DNA of 64,000 bases from Candidatus Margulisiibacteriota bacterium (GCA_050250935.1 JBFWNS010000005.1:97583-161582), one strand, 5' to 3'; positions 1-11,678 are shown, counted from the stretch's first letter. Program-made: numbers and translations. Notes: generated by a model not told the origin, from the sequence alone.

Positions 1-1067
1 CCATAGGGATTCACGGCTGTGGCCATGGCGGCATAGGCTGCAGAATCGGTCAGCAAACGGGTGGCTTCGGCCACAATCTGGGTCGGATTGGTGCCAATCA
101 GTTTGGCGGTTCCGGCGTCGATCCCTTCGGTACGTTCGGTTACGGTTCGGGTGACGAGCACGGGTTTTCCCAAGGCTGGGGCTTCTTCTTGAATGCCCCC
201 GGAATCTGTAATGACCAGCTGACAGGCGTTTAACAACCACAACAGGTGGGGATACGGCAGGGGATCAATCAGATGAATGCGCGTGTGATTCCCCAATATC
301 CGAAAAACAGGTTCCTGAACATTGGGATTCAAATGAACCGGATAGACAATGCTTGTGTTTTCAAGGGTGTCAGCCAGGGTTTTTAGAGCCAAACAAAACT
401 CTTCGAAGGGTTTTCCGAAGCTTTCCCTGCGGTGGCCGGTGACCAAGATTATTTTTTGGGAAAAGTCGATGTTTTGTTGGGCAAAAAAGCTGGCATACTG
501 GGACTCGTTTTGCTTGATTTTTTCGAGACCCAAAAACAAGGCATCGATCACCGTATTGCCGACAACCCATACGTCTTTATGGATGTTTTCACAGGCCAAG
601 TTGGCTTTGGCTTTTGGGGTTGGGGCAAAGTGGAAATCCGCCAAATGACCGGCCATAATCCGGTTGATTTCTTCTGGAAACGGCGACTGTTTTTGACCAC
701 TGCGAAGGCCAGCTTCCACATGAGCTACTTTGGTTTGGGTGTAAAATCCAGCCAAGGCCCCAATAAAGGCCGTGGTGGTGTCGCCTTGAACCACCAGCAA
801 ATCTGGTTTTGCAGTTGCAATGACGGCTTGAAGCCCTTTAAGCCCTTCGGCTGTAATGTCGAATAGGGTTTGATTGGGTTTCATCAGGTTCAAATCGAAG
901 TCTGGGACAATGCCAAAAAAGGCCAGCACCTGGTCCAACATTTCCCTGTGTTGGCCGGTTACACACACCTGTGTCACAAAGTGGGGATCTTCTTTGAAGC
1001 GCAGGACCAAAGGGGCTAGCTTGATGGCTTCTGGGCGTGTTCCAAAAACAAACAGCGCCGATTTCAT
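1..1067 (-). CDS. wecB: UDP-N-acetylglucosamine 2-epimerase (non-hydrolysing), 3' end beyond window
   Basis: Own translation from ATG 1067: MKSALFVFGTRPEAIKLAP...TGQHREMLDQ...VQGDTTTA...HVEAGLRS...PFPEEINR...DSGGIQEEAP...NPYG. TAATG overlap with the upstream gene. Absent from the ORF track because it runs off the window. Confidence 0.95.
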   Translation of the reverse strand, partial: MKSALFVFGTRPEAIKLAPLVLRFKEDPHFVTQVCVTGQHREMLDQVLAFFGIVPDFDLNLMKPNQTLFDITAEGLKGLQAVIATAKPDLLVVQGDTTTAFIGALAGFYTQTKVAHVEAGLRSGQKQSPFPEEINRIMAGHLADFHFAPTPKAKANLACENIHKDVWVVGNTVIDALFLGLEKIKQNESQYASFFAQQNIDFSQKIILVTGHRRESFGKPFEEFCLALKTLADTLENTSIVYPVHLNPNVQEPVFRILGNHTRIHLIDPLPYPHLLWLLNACQLVITDSGGIQEEAPALGKPVLVTRTVTERTEGIDAGTAKLIGTNPTQIVAEATRLLTDSAAYAAMATAVNPY

Positions 1068-3559
1068 TATTTAATGATTTTCAAGAAGCTTAAGCTGGTG
1101 GCGATATTAAAGAGAATTTGGGTCCAATCTACAATTGCTTTGGTCCAGTTGATGTCAATTTTCGGTTTTTCGGGCACATAAACCATGTCCCCGCGTTCGA
1201 CAACGCCAGGATTTTTCAGAATAGAGCCATTGGCTTTAATGACCAAAACGTTGCCTCGGTCGGCATAGTCGCTAAAGCCACCCACCAAATCGATGTAATG
1301 ATTGGGCGATTTGTTGTCTTCGAAAGCAATGCCTGTGGATTTTTGAACCCCACCCACCACCAAAATGGCATTGGGAATCGTGGGTACGGTTAAGGAATCC
1401 CCATCTTTAACTTCGAAATCGTCTTTAGAACCTTTAAAATCCTTGTTGATGGCAATAATAACGCGACCTGTATTTTCTTCAATGCGTTTTTGTAAAAAAG
1501 CCATGGCTTCGGTATAGGCTTTGCTGGTTTCTGCGCCGTTGGGGTTCACAGAAGCATTGGGGTTCACTTCATAAATAATGCGTTTTTGTTCTTGCTCAAG
1601 AATAATTTTTTGACCTTCTTGGGTTTTGTCTTTCAAGGCTTCTCGTTTGAAAATGCTGCCAGGCAGAAAGGCGTATTGGGTAAATCCGCCGGCTTTGGCA
1701 ATGACATCGCTTAAATGTTCGCCGGGTAAACAAATGTAGGTGCCTGGGAAAGCCACTTCGCCACTTAGGGTGATTTTGCGAATTTTGGTGGCCTCTGCAT
1801 TTTCACGAATAAAAATATGGTCGCCAGGTTTTAGGGTGATGTTCTCTGTGGCATTTGGATTTTTCAAAAACCGTTCCAAATCTAGGGTTAAGGTTTCGTT
1901 GGGTGCATCGGGCAATTTTCTGTAAATTTCCACGCGGTTGAGTTCGGCAAAAGGGGTTGGGGTGGCCAAAAAGACCACATCGCTAACACTCATGTCTTTG
2001 AGCAGTTTGTAGTTTCCCGGTTTTTTAACAGCCCCTTCGATGGACACATCGCGAATGCCGTAAATGTCGGCGTTGCTATAAATTTTGATGCGGTCCCATT
2101 CTTTGAGCGGGGTTTTAAGGTTTGCTGGCAAGGAAAGGTCCACATAGATGAGCTGGCGTTGGTCGTTGGAGACATAGCGCAAAATCTCCACCCGTTTCAT
2201 AAAGGATTCTTCTTTGGTGCCTTCTGCGGATTTTAGCAGATCCCCAATGGTTGGGTTGGCTTTCAGGTCGTATTCGCCAGGGCGTTTAATGTTGCCTTCA
2301 ATCCCCACAAAATTGTGTTTGTCTTCGGAAATGGGCAGAATGGTTACGATATCGCCGTTTTGCAAAATTCGGTTTTTAAGTTCGTCTTTAAGGTCGTCGA
2401 AGGTGTTAAATTTATAGTCCAACAGCGAGAGTTTTTGGTTGTCGACAATGCGTTGAATTTGAATGCGTTTGGTGTAGGAGCCAGGGGTGGTGCCGCCGCT
2501 CAGGTTCATAATGCCATCAAAAACAGAGGTGTTGGGGGCCAATTCGAAAATAGCAGGCCGTTTGACCATGCCACGAATGGCGGCGACATCGCCAATTGAG
2601 GGGACAAAAATCGTGTCGAAGGGTTGCAGTTGAATGTCTTGGTAGCGGTCTCCGCGTAGCAGGTAGTCGTAGAGATCGATTGTTTTAACCACTTGGTTTC
2701 GACGTTTAATCAGCACTTTGCGCAAAGAGCCCATTTTGGTGGGGCCTTCGGCAACATACAGGGCCATAAAAGCAGTGGTTAGGGATGGCAAATCGTAGGC
2801 GCCAGGTTTGTTGACATCGCCCAAAACAAAGACCTTAATGGTCCGTAATTGTGCGATCGAGACACTGACATCGAAGTTGGCATAGTCTTTGGAAAGGCTT
2901 TGTTTAATGCGGGGGGCAACACTGCCCAAGCTGGAGCCTGCCAAGCTTAAATAGCCTACTTTTGGCATGAAGATTTTACCATTTTGGTCGATGGTGACAT
3001 CAATTTTTTCTTCGACTTTCCCCCAAATCTGAATGGTTAAGGCGTCGCCAGGGCCCAAAATATAGCTGCTGCCAACGGGTACGTCTTTCAGGTTGAACCC
3101 GGTATAAGAGGATTGGCGAAACATGGCATAGCCAAATTGTTCGAGTTTTGTGGGGCTGGGATCTAGGGTGTCGGGTGTTTTAGTGGAACTGGAAGGGGAG
3201 GTGCTGGTGGAAGACGCAATGGAAAAATTCAGTTTATCGGTGTCGGCATATTGAAACGATTGTTCGATTCGAGAGGGCATTGGGGCTGGGGATAGCACGG
3301 TTTTGCCAGAACCTGCGCTGTCGGAGGTCATATTTGGGGGTTGGATGTTGGGTATACTTTCAGCTTTGATTTGGTCGAGAGGCTTTCCCACAGCCCCTGC
3401 TTGTTGTTGAACCTTTTCTTTCTCTGCAGCGGTCAGGTTCTGGTACATGTTCAGGTAGGCTGGGAGTGGGCTTTGTGCCTGAATAAAGACAGGTTGTGCA
3501 ATCAATAGCAGAGCCAAGAGCCAGCACAGGGCAAATTTGAAGCGTTTGAAAGGGGTCAT
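1067..3559 (-). CDS. Polysaccharide export OPX protein with multiple SLBB domains (Wza/KpsD-like)
   Basis: Signal peptide, YILGPGDAL poly_export motif, repeated VxGxVxxPGxY SLBB units. Confidence 0.9.
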   Translation of the reverse strand: MTPFKRFKFALCWLLALLLIAQPVFIQAQSPLPAYLNMYQNLTAAEKEKVQQQAGAVGKPLDQIKAESIPNIQPPNMTSDSAGSGKTVLSPAPMPSRIEQSFQYADTDKLNFSIASSTSTSPSSSTKTPDTLDPSPTKLEQFGYAMFRQSSYTGFNLKDVPVGSSYILGPGDALTIQIWGKVEEKIDVTIDQNGKIFMPKVGYLSLAGSSLGSVAPRIKQSLSKDYANFDVSVSIAQLRTIKVFVLGDVNKPGAYDLPSLTTAFMALYVAEGPTKMGSLRKVLIKRRNQVVKTIDLYDYLLRGDRYQDIQLQPFDTIFVPSIGDVAAIRGMVKRPAIFELAPNTSVFDGIMNLSGGTTPGSYTKRIQIQRIVDNQKLSLLDYKFNTFDDLKDELKNRILQNGDIVTILPISEDKHNFVGIEGNIKRPGEYDLKANPTIGDLLKSAEGTKEESFMKRVEILRYVSNDQRQLIYVDLSLPANLKTPLKEWDRIKIYSNADIYGIRDVSIEGAVKKPGNYKLLKDMSVSDVVFLATPTPFAELNRVEIYRKLPDAPNETLTLDLERFLKNPNATENITLKPGDHIFIRENAEATKIRKITLSGEVAFPGTYICLPGEHLSDVIAKAGGFTQYAFLPGSIFKREALKDKTQEGQKIILEQEQKRIIYEVNPNASVNPNGAETSKAYTEAMAFLQKRIEENTGRVIIAINKDFKGSKDDFEVKDGDSLTVPTIPNAILVVGGVQKSTGIAFEDNKSPNHYIDLVGGFSDYADRGNVLVIKANGSILKNPGVVERGDMVYVPEKPKIDINWTKAIVDWTQILFNIATSLSFLKIIK

Positions 3560-3610
3560 AAGAGGTTCTTTTTCTTTTGGTTTTTGGGATTGAAACGACT
3601 CTCTAATTTA

Positions 3611-4606
3611 TCACAGAGGAATTGTCGTTGACAAACCAGAATTCCGCCATTGGCGAGCGTGGCGAATCATGTCTTCCAAGCCTGGAAATTGGGGTGTCCA
3701 GCCCAAAATGGCTTTCGCTTTTGTCGCGTTGGCAACCAAAATGGCGGGGTCTCCGTCTCGCCTTGGGCCAAAGGTGTGGGGTATGGGTTGGCCCAGTTCT
3801 TTTTCGGCAGCTTTTAGAACGTTTAGCACCGAAAAACCCTGTCCATTTCCCAAGTTCAGGGTGATCGATTCTGAACCCGAAAGCAAATAGTCCAGCCCCA
3901 AAACATGGGCTTCTGCCAGGTCCACCACATGGACATAGTCGCGAATACAGGTGCCGTCTGGGGTTGGGTAGTTGTTGCCAAAAATGGTCAGGGGTGGGCG
4001 ACGGCCCGAGGCGGCGTCAAGCATCAGCGGAATCAGATGGGTTTCGGGAACATGGCTTTCGCCGATTTGCCCTTCGGGGTCAGACCCGCAGGCATTAAAA
4101 TAGCGAAAGCAAAGGTGTTTGGTGCCATAGGCTGTGGCGAAATCGGCCAACATGTTTTCGATGATTAATTTGTTTTGGCCGTAGGGGTTTACAGGGTTTG
4201 TGGGGTGGGTTTCGTCGATAGAGGGGGTTAAGGGTTCGCCATAAACGGCTGCTGTGGACGAAAAGACAATTTTGGAAACCCCAGCTTCAACCAGGGTTTG
4301 AAAATAGGCAATCGAAGCCCCCACGTTGTTGGCATAATATTTGGCTGGATTTTGCACCGACTCGCCCACATTAATAAAGGCCGCAAAGTGTAAGGCCGCA
4401 ATGGGGTTGTATTGGGCAATGGTCTCTAGCACTGCGTCTTTGTTGCAGATGTCGGCCCTAACCAGAGGGCCCCATTGCACAAAGGATTCATAGCCGCTCA
4501 CCAGGCTATCGATGACCACAGGGGTATAGCCCCGTTTCGACAAGGCTTTGCAAACCTGAGACCCGATAAATCCAGCGCCACCACTAACCAAAACCGCTTT
4601 GTCCAT
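3611..4606 (-). CDS. galE: UDP-glucose 4-epimerase
   Basis: GGAGFIGS, HFAAFINVGES, FSSTAAVYG, YGQNK, RYFNACG, DGTCIRDYVHV. Confidence 0.95.
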   Translation of the reverse strand: MDKAVLVSGGAGFIGSQVCKALSKRGYTPVVIDSLVSGYESFVQWGPLVRADICNKDAVLETIAQYNPIAALHFAAFINVGESVQNPAKYYANNVGASIAYFQTLVEAGVSKIVFSSTAAVYGEPLTPSIDETHPTNPVNPYGQNKLIIENMLADFATAYGTKHLCFRYFNACGSDPEGQIGESHVPETHLIPLMLDAASGRRPPLTIFGNNYPTPDGTCIRDYVHVVDLAEAHVLGLDYLLSGSESITLNLGNGQGFSVLNVLKAAEKELGQPIPHTFGPRRDGDPAILVANATKAKAILGWTPQFPGLEDMIRHARQWRNSGLSTTIPL

Positions 4607-4615
4607 GGGGGTCGA

Positions 4616-5668
4616 CTATATCACTGACGGATTTTCTGTTGCAAACCGTGGGGTAATCAAAAACAGGACATCGGTTCGGCTGGTTTCGGTTTGCTGTCCC
4701 CGAAACAATCCCCCAACAAGGGGCAGATCGGCTAAAAATGGAATTTGGGTTTGGTTGTTTTTGGTTTCTTCTTGTAACAGGCCGGCAATTACCAGGGTCT
4801 GGTTGTTTTCCAACTGCACGGTGGTGTCGGTTTTTCGGGTGGCCAAAACAGGGTATTGTCCGCTGCCAAATTCCTTCCAGACCTTGGCGTTGATAATGGT
4901 GGCATTAATATTGCTTAAAACGGTGGTTTTCGAGTTCAATTTTGGTGTAATGTCCAAGGCAATGCCGGTGTCGACATATTGCACTTGTTGGGACACCGTA
5001 CGGTCCTGAAAAATCGCCGTTACATAGGGAACGCGGTCGCCGACTTGGATGCTGGATTTGCTGTTGTCTAGGGTCGATACGGTGGGCTTGGCCAGAACCT
5101 TGGCTTTTCCTTCGGTAATCAGTTGGGACAAGGCGCCTTGAAGGCCTTGAAGGGGCAGTAATTTTCCCGATTCAAAGTCATAATTAATGGCAAATCCGTC
5201 GGTAAGGCTGTTAAAAAATGGTTTCCACAAGCTGTTGTTTTGGTCGGCGACTTCCACAATTTCAATTTCAAACACGATTCGGGCTAGGGGGCTGTCCAGT
5301 TGTTCGGCCAGGGCTTTGATGGGTGCCCAGTCTTCGGGTGTGGCCCAGGCCAACAATTGCCTCGAGCGGGTGTCGGCGCCGATTCTAACCTCGGGAAAGA
5401 GGGCTTGAAGTGTTACTTTTAAGAGGGCTGGGTCGCTGTTATTCAATTGCAGTGTTTGGGGTAGAGGGCCGATGAAGGGCGGTGGCTCTTCTGTTCTGGG
5501 CTGGGGTTTTTGAACAGTGATAGCTGGTTTGGGTGCAGGGGGTTTTGGGGCCAGAAGTTTTTGCAGGATCTCGATTTTGGGATTCAAAGGTTGAGCCGGA
5601 AAGACCCAGCTGGGGGTTCCCGTCAGGCTCAATACGATCAATAGGACGATTCTGGTTTTGGTTTTCAC
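4616..5668 (-). CDS. Short secretin (PilQ/GspD/SctC family): one N domain plus secretin barrel
   Basis: AKVLAKPTVSTLDN, YVDTGIALDITP, VIAGLL, IPFLADLPLVGGLF, LFLITP; N-terminal signal peptide; GTG start. Confidence 0.9.
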   Translation of the reverse strand: MKTKTRIVLLIVLSLTGTPSWVFPAQPLNPKIEILQKLLAPKPPAPKPAITVQKPQPRTEEPPPFIGPLPQTLQLNNSDPALLKVTLQALFPEVRIGADTRSRQLLAWATPEDWAPIKALAEQLDSPLARIVFEIEIVEVADQNNSLWKPFFNSLTDGFAINYDFESGKLLPLQGLQGALSQLITEGKAKVLAKPTVSTLDNSKSSIQVGDRVPYVTAIFQDRTVSQQVQYVDTGIALDITPKLNSKTTVLSNINATIINAKVWKEFGSGQYPVLATRKTDTTVQLENNQTLVIAGLLQEETKNNQTQIPFLADLPLVGGLFRGQQTETSRTDVLFLITPRFATENPSVI

Positions 5669-6021
5669 GGCTGCGTTCCTTCAAGAAAGGTTAAGGTGGC
5701 TGTCAGGGTGTAGTGGGTTTGCTCAAATGCAACTGAAAATGTGGGAATGTCGAACCCATAGGTCGGGGCCAAGGCGCAGAGGGCTTTCAGGGTTTCGATG
5801 GGGGCTTGGGTTTGGCAGGTGATGTGCCATTGGAAAGGTTTTTGGTCGAGAATTTGAACCGGCTCGTTTAGGGTTTTGGCTAAAATTTGCAGGGTAAGGG
5901 TTGGTTTTTTGGGCGAATGGAACTGGAGTTTTGCAATGCTGGTCCAACATAAAATGCCTGCCACAAGGGTGGCCAGGGTTGGGAGCAACAGGGGTTTGAA
6001 GGGGTCTAGAAACTGGGGCAT
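5665..6021 (-). CDS. Hypothetical single-pass membrane protein, possibly a degenerate PilO-like
   Basis: N-terminal TM segment; coupled to the secretin gene; positional inference. Confidence 0.45.
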   Translation of the reverse strand: MPQFLDPFKPLLLPTLATLVAGILCWTSIAKLQFHSPKKPTLTLQILAKTLNEPVQILDQKPFQWHITCQTQAPIETLKALCALAPTYGFDIPTFSVAFEQTHYTLTATLTFLEGTQP

Positions 6022-6602
6022 TTTAGGGTGCCTTCGATGGTGTTTACACCATCGTTAAGTGCCGTAATGGTATGGTCGGTGTGACTCAACGGGGCTTCCA
6101 AATCGGATGTGGCCGAGGCAATGCCCGAAAACGTTAGATGGTTGGCTTTAAACGCCAAGCGGAGGGTCAAAAATCCCTCGGCGTCCATGCTTTCCAAAAA
6201 AGGGAGGACTGTTTTAAGGGGAGAAGCGGGTGTGGGGAGGGGTTTTTGGGGAATCCAGCTAGAGACTGCCCAACCCAGCAATAGCACAACACAAGGTAAG
6301 TACAACCACCCATTGTGGGTCAGGCCAAACAAAGCATTTGTATTCAAAAGGGTTTTTACAGGATGAGGGTACAGGGCTTTTTCAATAAGGGTTAAGGCAG
6401 TCGATTTGGAGTGTGGGAGTTGGTCTAGGGTTTGAATCAAGCACGGACTCAACGAAATAGCCGCTTTTGAAGGCAAGGGTTCAGAAATCAGTGTGGAAAG
6501 GGTCGGATTCGGTTGGTTTATCCACTCAAAAAAGGAAACGGGAAGGGTTTTAGCCCCAATCGAGAGTTTGTCTGCAAAAAGTGTGATGACAGGGGTAGGC
6601 AT
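6006..6602 (-). CDS. Hypothetical membrane protein, possibly a degenerate PilN/GspL-like
   Basis: Central TM segment followed by LTLRLAFKANHLTFSGIA, reminiscent of the PilN beta-strand; operon position. Confidence 0.45.
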   Translation of the reverse strand: MPTPVITLFADKLSIGAKTLPVSFFEWINQPNPTLSTLISEPLPSKAAISLSPCLIQTLDQLPHSKSTALTLIEKALYPHPVKTLLNTNALFGLTHNGWLYLPCVVLLLGWAVSSWIPQKPLPTPASPLKTVLPFLESMDAEGFLTLRLAFKANHLTFSGIASATSDLEAPLSHTDHTITALNDGVNTIEGTLKCPSF

Positions 6603-6609
6603 GGCCTAG

Positions 6610-6638
6610 AATTTAGACAATAAATAAAAATGCGTCAA
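6610..6638 (-). promoter_or_regulatory. Sigma70-type promoter for the secretin operon, probably leaderless
   Basis: Minus strand TTGACG-N17-TAAATT ending about 7 nt before ATG 6602; no SD sequence. Confidence 0.5.
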
Positions 6639-6654
6639 TATATTATTTTTATAA

Positions 6655-7809
<1,155 letters not shown>

Positions 7810-8370
7810 GTGATTCGAATCGGTCTGATTGGAAGCAACGGCGCAGGCAAATCTTCGGCCTGCGCTTTTTTTAGGGAACAAGGGTTTGTGGTGGTCTCGT
7901 TGTCCGATTTTGTCAGGGAAGAGGCCACCCGAAAAAACTTGCCCCATAGCCGCGACAATCTCGTGGCCACGGCAAACCTCCTCAAACAAGCGCGTGGCGA
8001 GGCGGTGTTGGCCGAAATGGCTTTGGCCAAAATGGCAACGGTGGACCAACCCATGGCGTTTGATAGCATTCGCAATGTTGCCGAAGTCGAGTTGTTAAAA
8101 GCAAATGGGGTCTATTTTATTGGCATCGATGCGCCTGTGGCCTTGCGGTACGAACGCATTTGTAAGCGCGGATTGGCTGCCGATGCCGTGACTTTTGATC
8201 AATTTAAAGCCCAAGATGACCGCGAAAATGAAGGCCAAAGCAGTGGCCAAAATATCCACGCAGCGCTTCGGGCCTGCAATGTGGTTGTGGACAACACACA
8301 GGGCTTGGATGCCTTGGCGTCTCGGCTAACCCAAATTTTGAAGGATGTTCAATCATGTCAACCACATTAA
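7810..8370 (+). CDS. P-loop nucleoside/nucleotide kinase family protein (AAA_17/CoaE-like)
   Basis: GSNGAGKS Walker A, SLSDFVRE, DSIRN, IDAPVALRYERI. Confidence 0.75.
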   Translation: MIRIGLIGSNGAGKSSACAFFREQGFVVVSLSDFVREEATRKNLPHSRDNLVATANLLKQARGEAVLAEMALAKMATVDQPMAFDSIRNVAEVELLKANGVYFIGIDAPVALRYERICKRGLAADAVTFDQFKAQDDRENEGQSSGQNIHAALRACNVVVDNTQGLDALASRLTQILKDVQSCQPH

Positions 8371-9623
8371 CCGTGGTGGGGGGAGCCCCGCTGGTGGGAA
8401 CTGTAAAAGCTGCGGGCGCCAAAAATTCGGCACTGCCCTTGTTGGCCGCCTGTATTTTGATGGACGGCACATTTGAACTGAGCAACGTTCCCTATTTGCA
8501 CGACGTCGCCACCATGATCCGCATGTTGAATGCCTTGGGGCTTCGGGCCGAATATTCGGCAGATAAAGTTAAAATTACAAACAACAAAAAAGTGCGTCAC
8601 ATTGCGCCCTACGAATTGATTACGGCCATGCGAGCGTCGTTTTTTGTGGCCGGGCCAATTTTGGCCAAAACGGGCTATGCCAAAGTGCCGCTCCCTGGGG
8701 GATGTTCGATTGGGTCTCGGCCTGTCGATTTGCACATTAAAGGGTTCCGGGCTCTGGGGGCTCAGGTCAACATTGAACATGGTTTTGTGGATATTAAAGC
8801 CTCGAAGTTAAAAGGAACCAAAATTTATCTGGATTTTCCCTCGGTAGGGGCCACTGAAAACGTCATGATGGCCGCCGCTTTGGCTGAAGGGACCTCGGTG
8901 ATTGAAAACGCGGCCATGGAGCCCGAAATTACCGATTTGGGTGATTTTCTAAACAAAGCCGGCGCCAAAATTACAGGTCATGGTACCCCCAATATTGTGG
9001 TTGAGGGGGTTCCTTCTTTAACCGGGGCCAATCACGAGGTCATTCCCGACCGTGTGGAGGCCGGCACCTTAATGATTGCTGGGGGCATTACCAAAGGCGA
9101 TGTGTTGGTCACCCATGTGTCTATTCCCGATTTGGAGCCGCTGATTGAAAAACTCAAAGAGGCGGGATTAAAAGTCGAGGTGGGGGACAGACAGGTTCGG
9201 GTGGCCTATCAGGGAAGCTTGAATGCAGTCAATTTCGAAACCTTGCCGTTTCCCGGATTTCCCACCGACATGCAAGCCCAAATGATGGCCCTGTTAACGG
9301 TGGCCAAAGGGACCAGCGTGGTCAAAGAAGGGATTTTTGAAAACCGATTCATGCATGCCCCCGAGTTGATGCGCATGGGGGCCTCGATTAAACTGGATAT
9401 GCAGTATGCTTTTGTAACGGGTGTTGAAAAACTGTCGGGTGCCGAGGTCAAAATTACCGATCTTCGGGCCGGTGCCGCCCTGATTTTGGCGGGTTTGGCC
9501 GCCGATGGCGAAACCAAGGTCCATGGCCTAAACCATTTGCGGCGCGGCTATGACCGGTTGCCCGAAAAACTGCAGTCCCTGGGCGCAACCATTGTCGAGC
9601 ATCACACACAAGGAAGAGGATGA
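8355..9623 (+). CDS. murA: UDP-N-acetylglucosamine 1-carboxyvinyltransferase
   Basis: GAKNSALP, MRAS, LPGGCSIGSRPVDLH, SVGATEN, PGFPTDMQ, TDLRAGAAL. Confidence 0.98.
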   Translation: MSTTLTVVGGAPLVGTVKAAGAKNSALPLLAACILMDGTFELSNVPYLHDVATMIRMLNALGLRAEYSADKVKITNNKKVRHIAPYELITAMRASFFVAGPILAKTGYAKVPLPGGCSIGSRPVDLHIKGFRALGAQVNIEHGFVDIKASKLKGTKIYLDFPSVGATENVMMAAALAEGTSVIENAAMEPEITDLGDFLNKAGAKITGHGTPNIVVEGVPSLTGANHEVIPDRVEAGTLMIAGGITKGDVLVTHVSIPDLEPLIEKLKEAGLKVEVGDRQVRVAYQGSLNAVNFETLPFPGFPTDMQAQMMALLTVAKGTSVVKEGIFENRFMHAPELMRMGASIKLDMQYAFVTGVEKLSGAEVKITDLRAGAALILAGLAADGETKVHGLNHLRRGYDRLPEKLQSLGATIVEHHTQGRG

Positions 9624-10480
9624 GCATGAAACACAAACTTCATTTCACCAAAATGCAGGGGTTGGGCAACGATTTTATTTTGATTGATGGTCTGAATCAG
9701 CGTTTGGACGGCATCGATTTTTCCAAAGCGGCCGAAGGGCTTTGCGACCGCCATTTTGGCATTGGGGCCGATGGCGTCATTTTGGTGTTGCCTTCGACGC
9801 ACAGCGATTTTAAGATGCGCATTTTTAATGCCGATGGATCCGAGCCGCAAATGTGTGGCAATGGCATTCGGTGTTTTGCCAAATTTGTCTATGACGAACA
9901 ACTGACTCAAAAAGATGTCATTTCTGTAGAAACCTTGGCAGGGGTCATGGTGCCGGCCCTCATTTTGGAACATGGGGTGGTGAAGGCTGTGGAAGTGGAC
10001 ATGGGCGAACCCGTGTTGCAACGGTCTCGCATTCCCATTACCGGCCCCGACAGCGACACCGTGGTGGACGAGGTGTTGGCTGTGGATGGCCAGACCTTCC
10101 AGTTTACTGGGGTGTCCATGGGCAATCCCCATGCTGTGGTGTTTGTGGACGATTTAACCACCATCGATTTGAATCGGGTGGGTCCGCTTTGCGAGCATCA
10201 TGCGTTGTTCCCCGAGCGGGTGAACACCGAGTTTGTTCAGATCAACGCCTACAATGACGCGGTCATGCTGGTCTGGGAACGTGGGTCTGGGGCAACCTTG
10301 GCCTGTGGAACTGGGGCCTGTGCCGTGGTGGTGGCGGGGGTGTTGGGTGGCAAGCTCAATCGCAAATCCACTGTCCATTTGCCTGGTGGCGATTTGTATA
10401 TCGACTGGCAAGCCGACGATAACCACGTCATGATGACCGGTCCTGCAGACACCGTTTTCAAAGGCGAAGTCGACTTTTAA
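9620..10480 (+). CDS. dapF: Diaminopimelate epimerase
   Basis: FTKMQGLGNDF, MCGNGIRC, SMGNPH, WERGSGATLACGTG. Confidence 0.98.
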   Translation: MSMKHKLHFTKMQGLGNDFILIDGLNQRLDGIDFSKAAEGLCDRHFGIGADGVILVLPSTHSDFKMRIFNADGSEPQMCGNGIRCFAKFVYDEQLTQKDVISVETLAGVMVPALILEHGVVKAVEVDMGEPVLQRSRIPITGPDSDTVVDEVLAVDGQTFQFTGVSMGNPHAVVFVDDLTTIDLNRVGPLCEHHALFPERVNTEFVQINAYNDAVMLVWERGSGATLACGTGACAVVVAGVLGGKLNRKSTVHLPGGDLYIDWQADDNHVMMTGPADTVFKGEVDF

Positions 10481-10508
10481 TTCAAATTCATTTTAAGAAA
10501 GGTCTTTC

Positions 10509-11678
10509 ATGAAACTTACCAACCGCATTAAAAACATACCGCCCTATTTGTTCGCCCAAATCGACGAAAAAAAAGCAGAGGCCAAGGCCAAAGGCATCGA
10601 CATTGTTGACTTGGGAATTGGGGATCCCGATTTACCCACCCCCGATTTTGTTTTGGATGCCATGGAAAAAGCCATTCGCAATCCTCAAACCCACGACTAT
10701 CCGCCGTATCAAGGCATTTTTGAATTCCGACAAGCCGTGGCCGACTGGTATATGGACCGGTTTAATGTTTCCTTGGACCCTAATAAAGAGGTGGTGTCTT
10801 TAATTGGATCTAAAGAAGGGATTGCCCACGCCTTTTTAACCTTTTTGGATCCTGGTGATATTGCGATTTTGCCAGATCCAGGCTATCCCGTTTACAAAGT
10901 GGCGACGTTGATTGCTGGCGGTGTGCCTTATACGGTTCCGGTTAACGAAGACAACAACTACGAGGTGGATTTTGATAAAATCGATCCAGCCATTTTGCCC
11001 AAAGCCAACATCTTGTTTTTGAACTATCCTGGCAACCCCACAGGGGCCATGGCCAGCGATGCTTTTTTTGAACGGGCCATTGCGTTTGGCAAAAAGCACA
11101 ACATTTTAATTTGTATGGATTTGGCCTATTCCGAGGTCTATTACGAGGGCTTTAAGCCCCGCAGCATTTTGGAATTTCCAGGGGCCAAAGACATTTGTAT
11201 CGAATTCCATTCCTTGTCCAAAACCTTCAACATGACGGGGTGGCGCATTGGCATGGCCGTGGGAAATGCCGAAGCTGTTCAGGCGTTGGGCAAGATTAAA
11301 ACCAATGTCGATTCGGGTATTTTCAAGGCCATTCAATGGGCCGGCATCGAGGCGTTTAAGCATTATAAACCCTTTGTTGAAAAGCAAAATGGCATTTACC
11401 AAGCCCGCCGCGATTTGTTGGTGGATGGGCTAAACCAAGTGGGTTGGCCAGTCAAAAAACCCAAGGCCTCGTTTTATATTTGGACCCGGATTCCCCAAGG
11501 GTTTACTTCGGCCGACTTTACCATGCACATGCTCGAAACCCATGGCATTTTGGTGGTGCCCGGCAATGGCTATGGGGACAATGGGGAAGGGTATTGCCGC
11601 ATGTCCATCACCACGAAAGAAGACCGGCTTCAAGAGGCGGTTAATCGCTTAAAGGGCCATGGATTTCGCTTTTCCTAG
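10509..11678 (+). CDS. dapL: LL-diaminopimelate aminotransferase
   Basis: IPPYLFAQID, LIGSKEG, NYPGNPTG, EFHSLSKTFNMTGWRIG, KTNVDSG; adjacent to dapF. Confidence 0.9.
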   Translation: MKLTNRIKNIPPYLFAQIDEKKAEAKAKGIDIVDLGIGDPDLPTPDFVLDAMEKAIRNPQTHDYPPYQGIFEFRQAVADWYMDRFNVSLDPNKEVVSLIGSKEGIAHAFLTFLDPGDIAILPDPGYPVYKVATLIAGGVPYTVPVNEDNNYEVDFDKIDPAILPKANILFLNYPGNPTGAMASDAFFERAIAFGKKHNILICMDLAYSEVYYEGFKPRSILEFPGAKDICIEFHSLSKTFNMTGWRIGMAVGNAEAVQALGKIKTNVDSGIFKAIQWAGIEAFKHYKPFVEKQNGIYQARRDLLVDGLNQVGWPVKKPKASFYIWTRIPQGFTSADFTMHMLETHGILVVPGNGYGDNGEGYCRMSITTKEDRLQEAVNRLKGHGFRFS

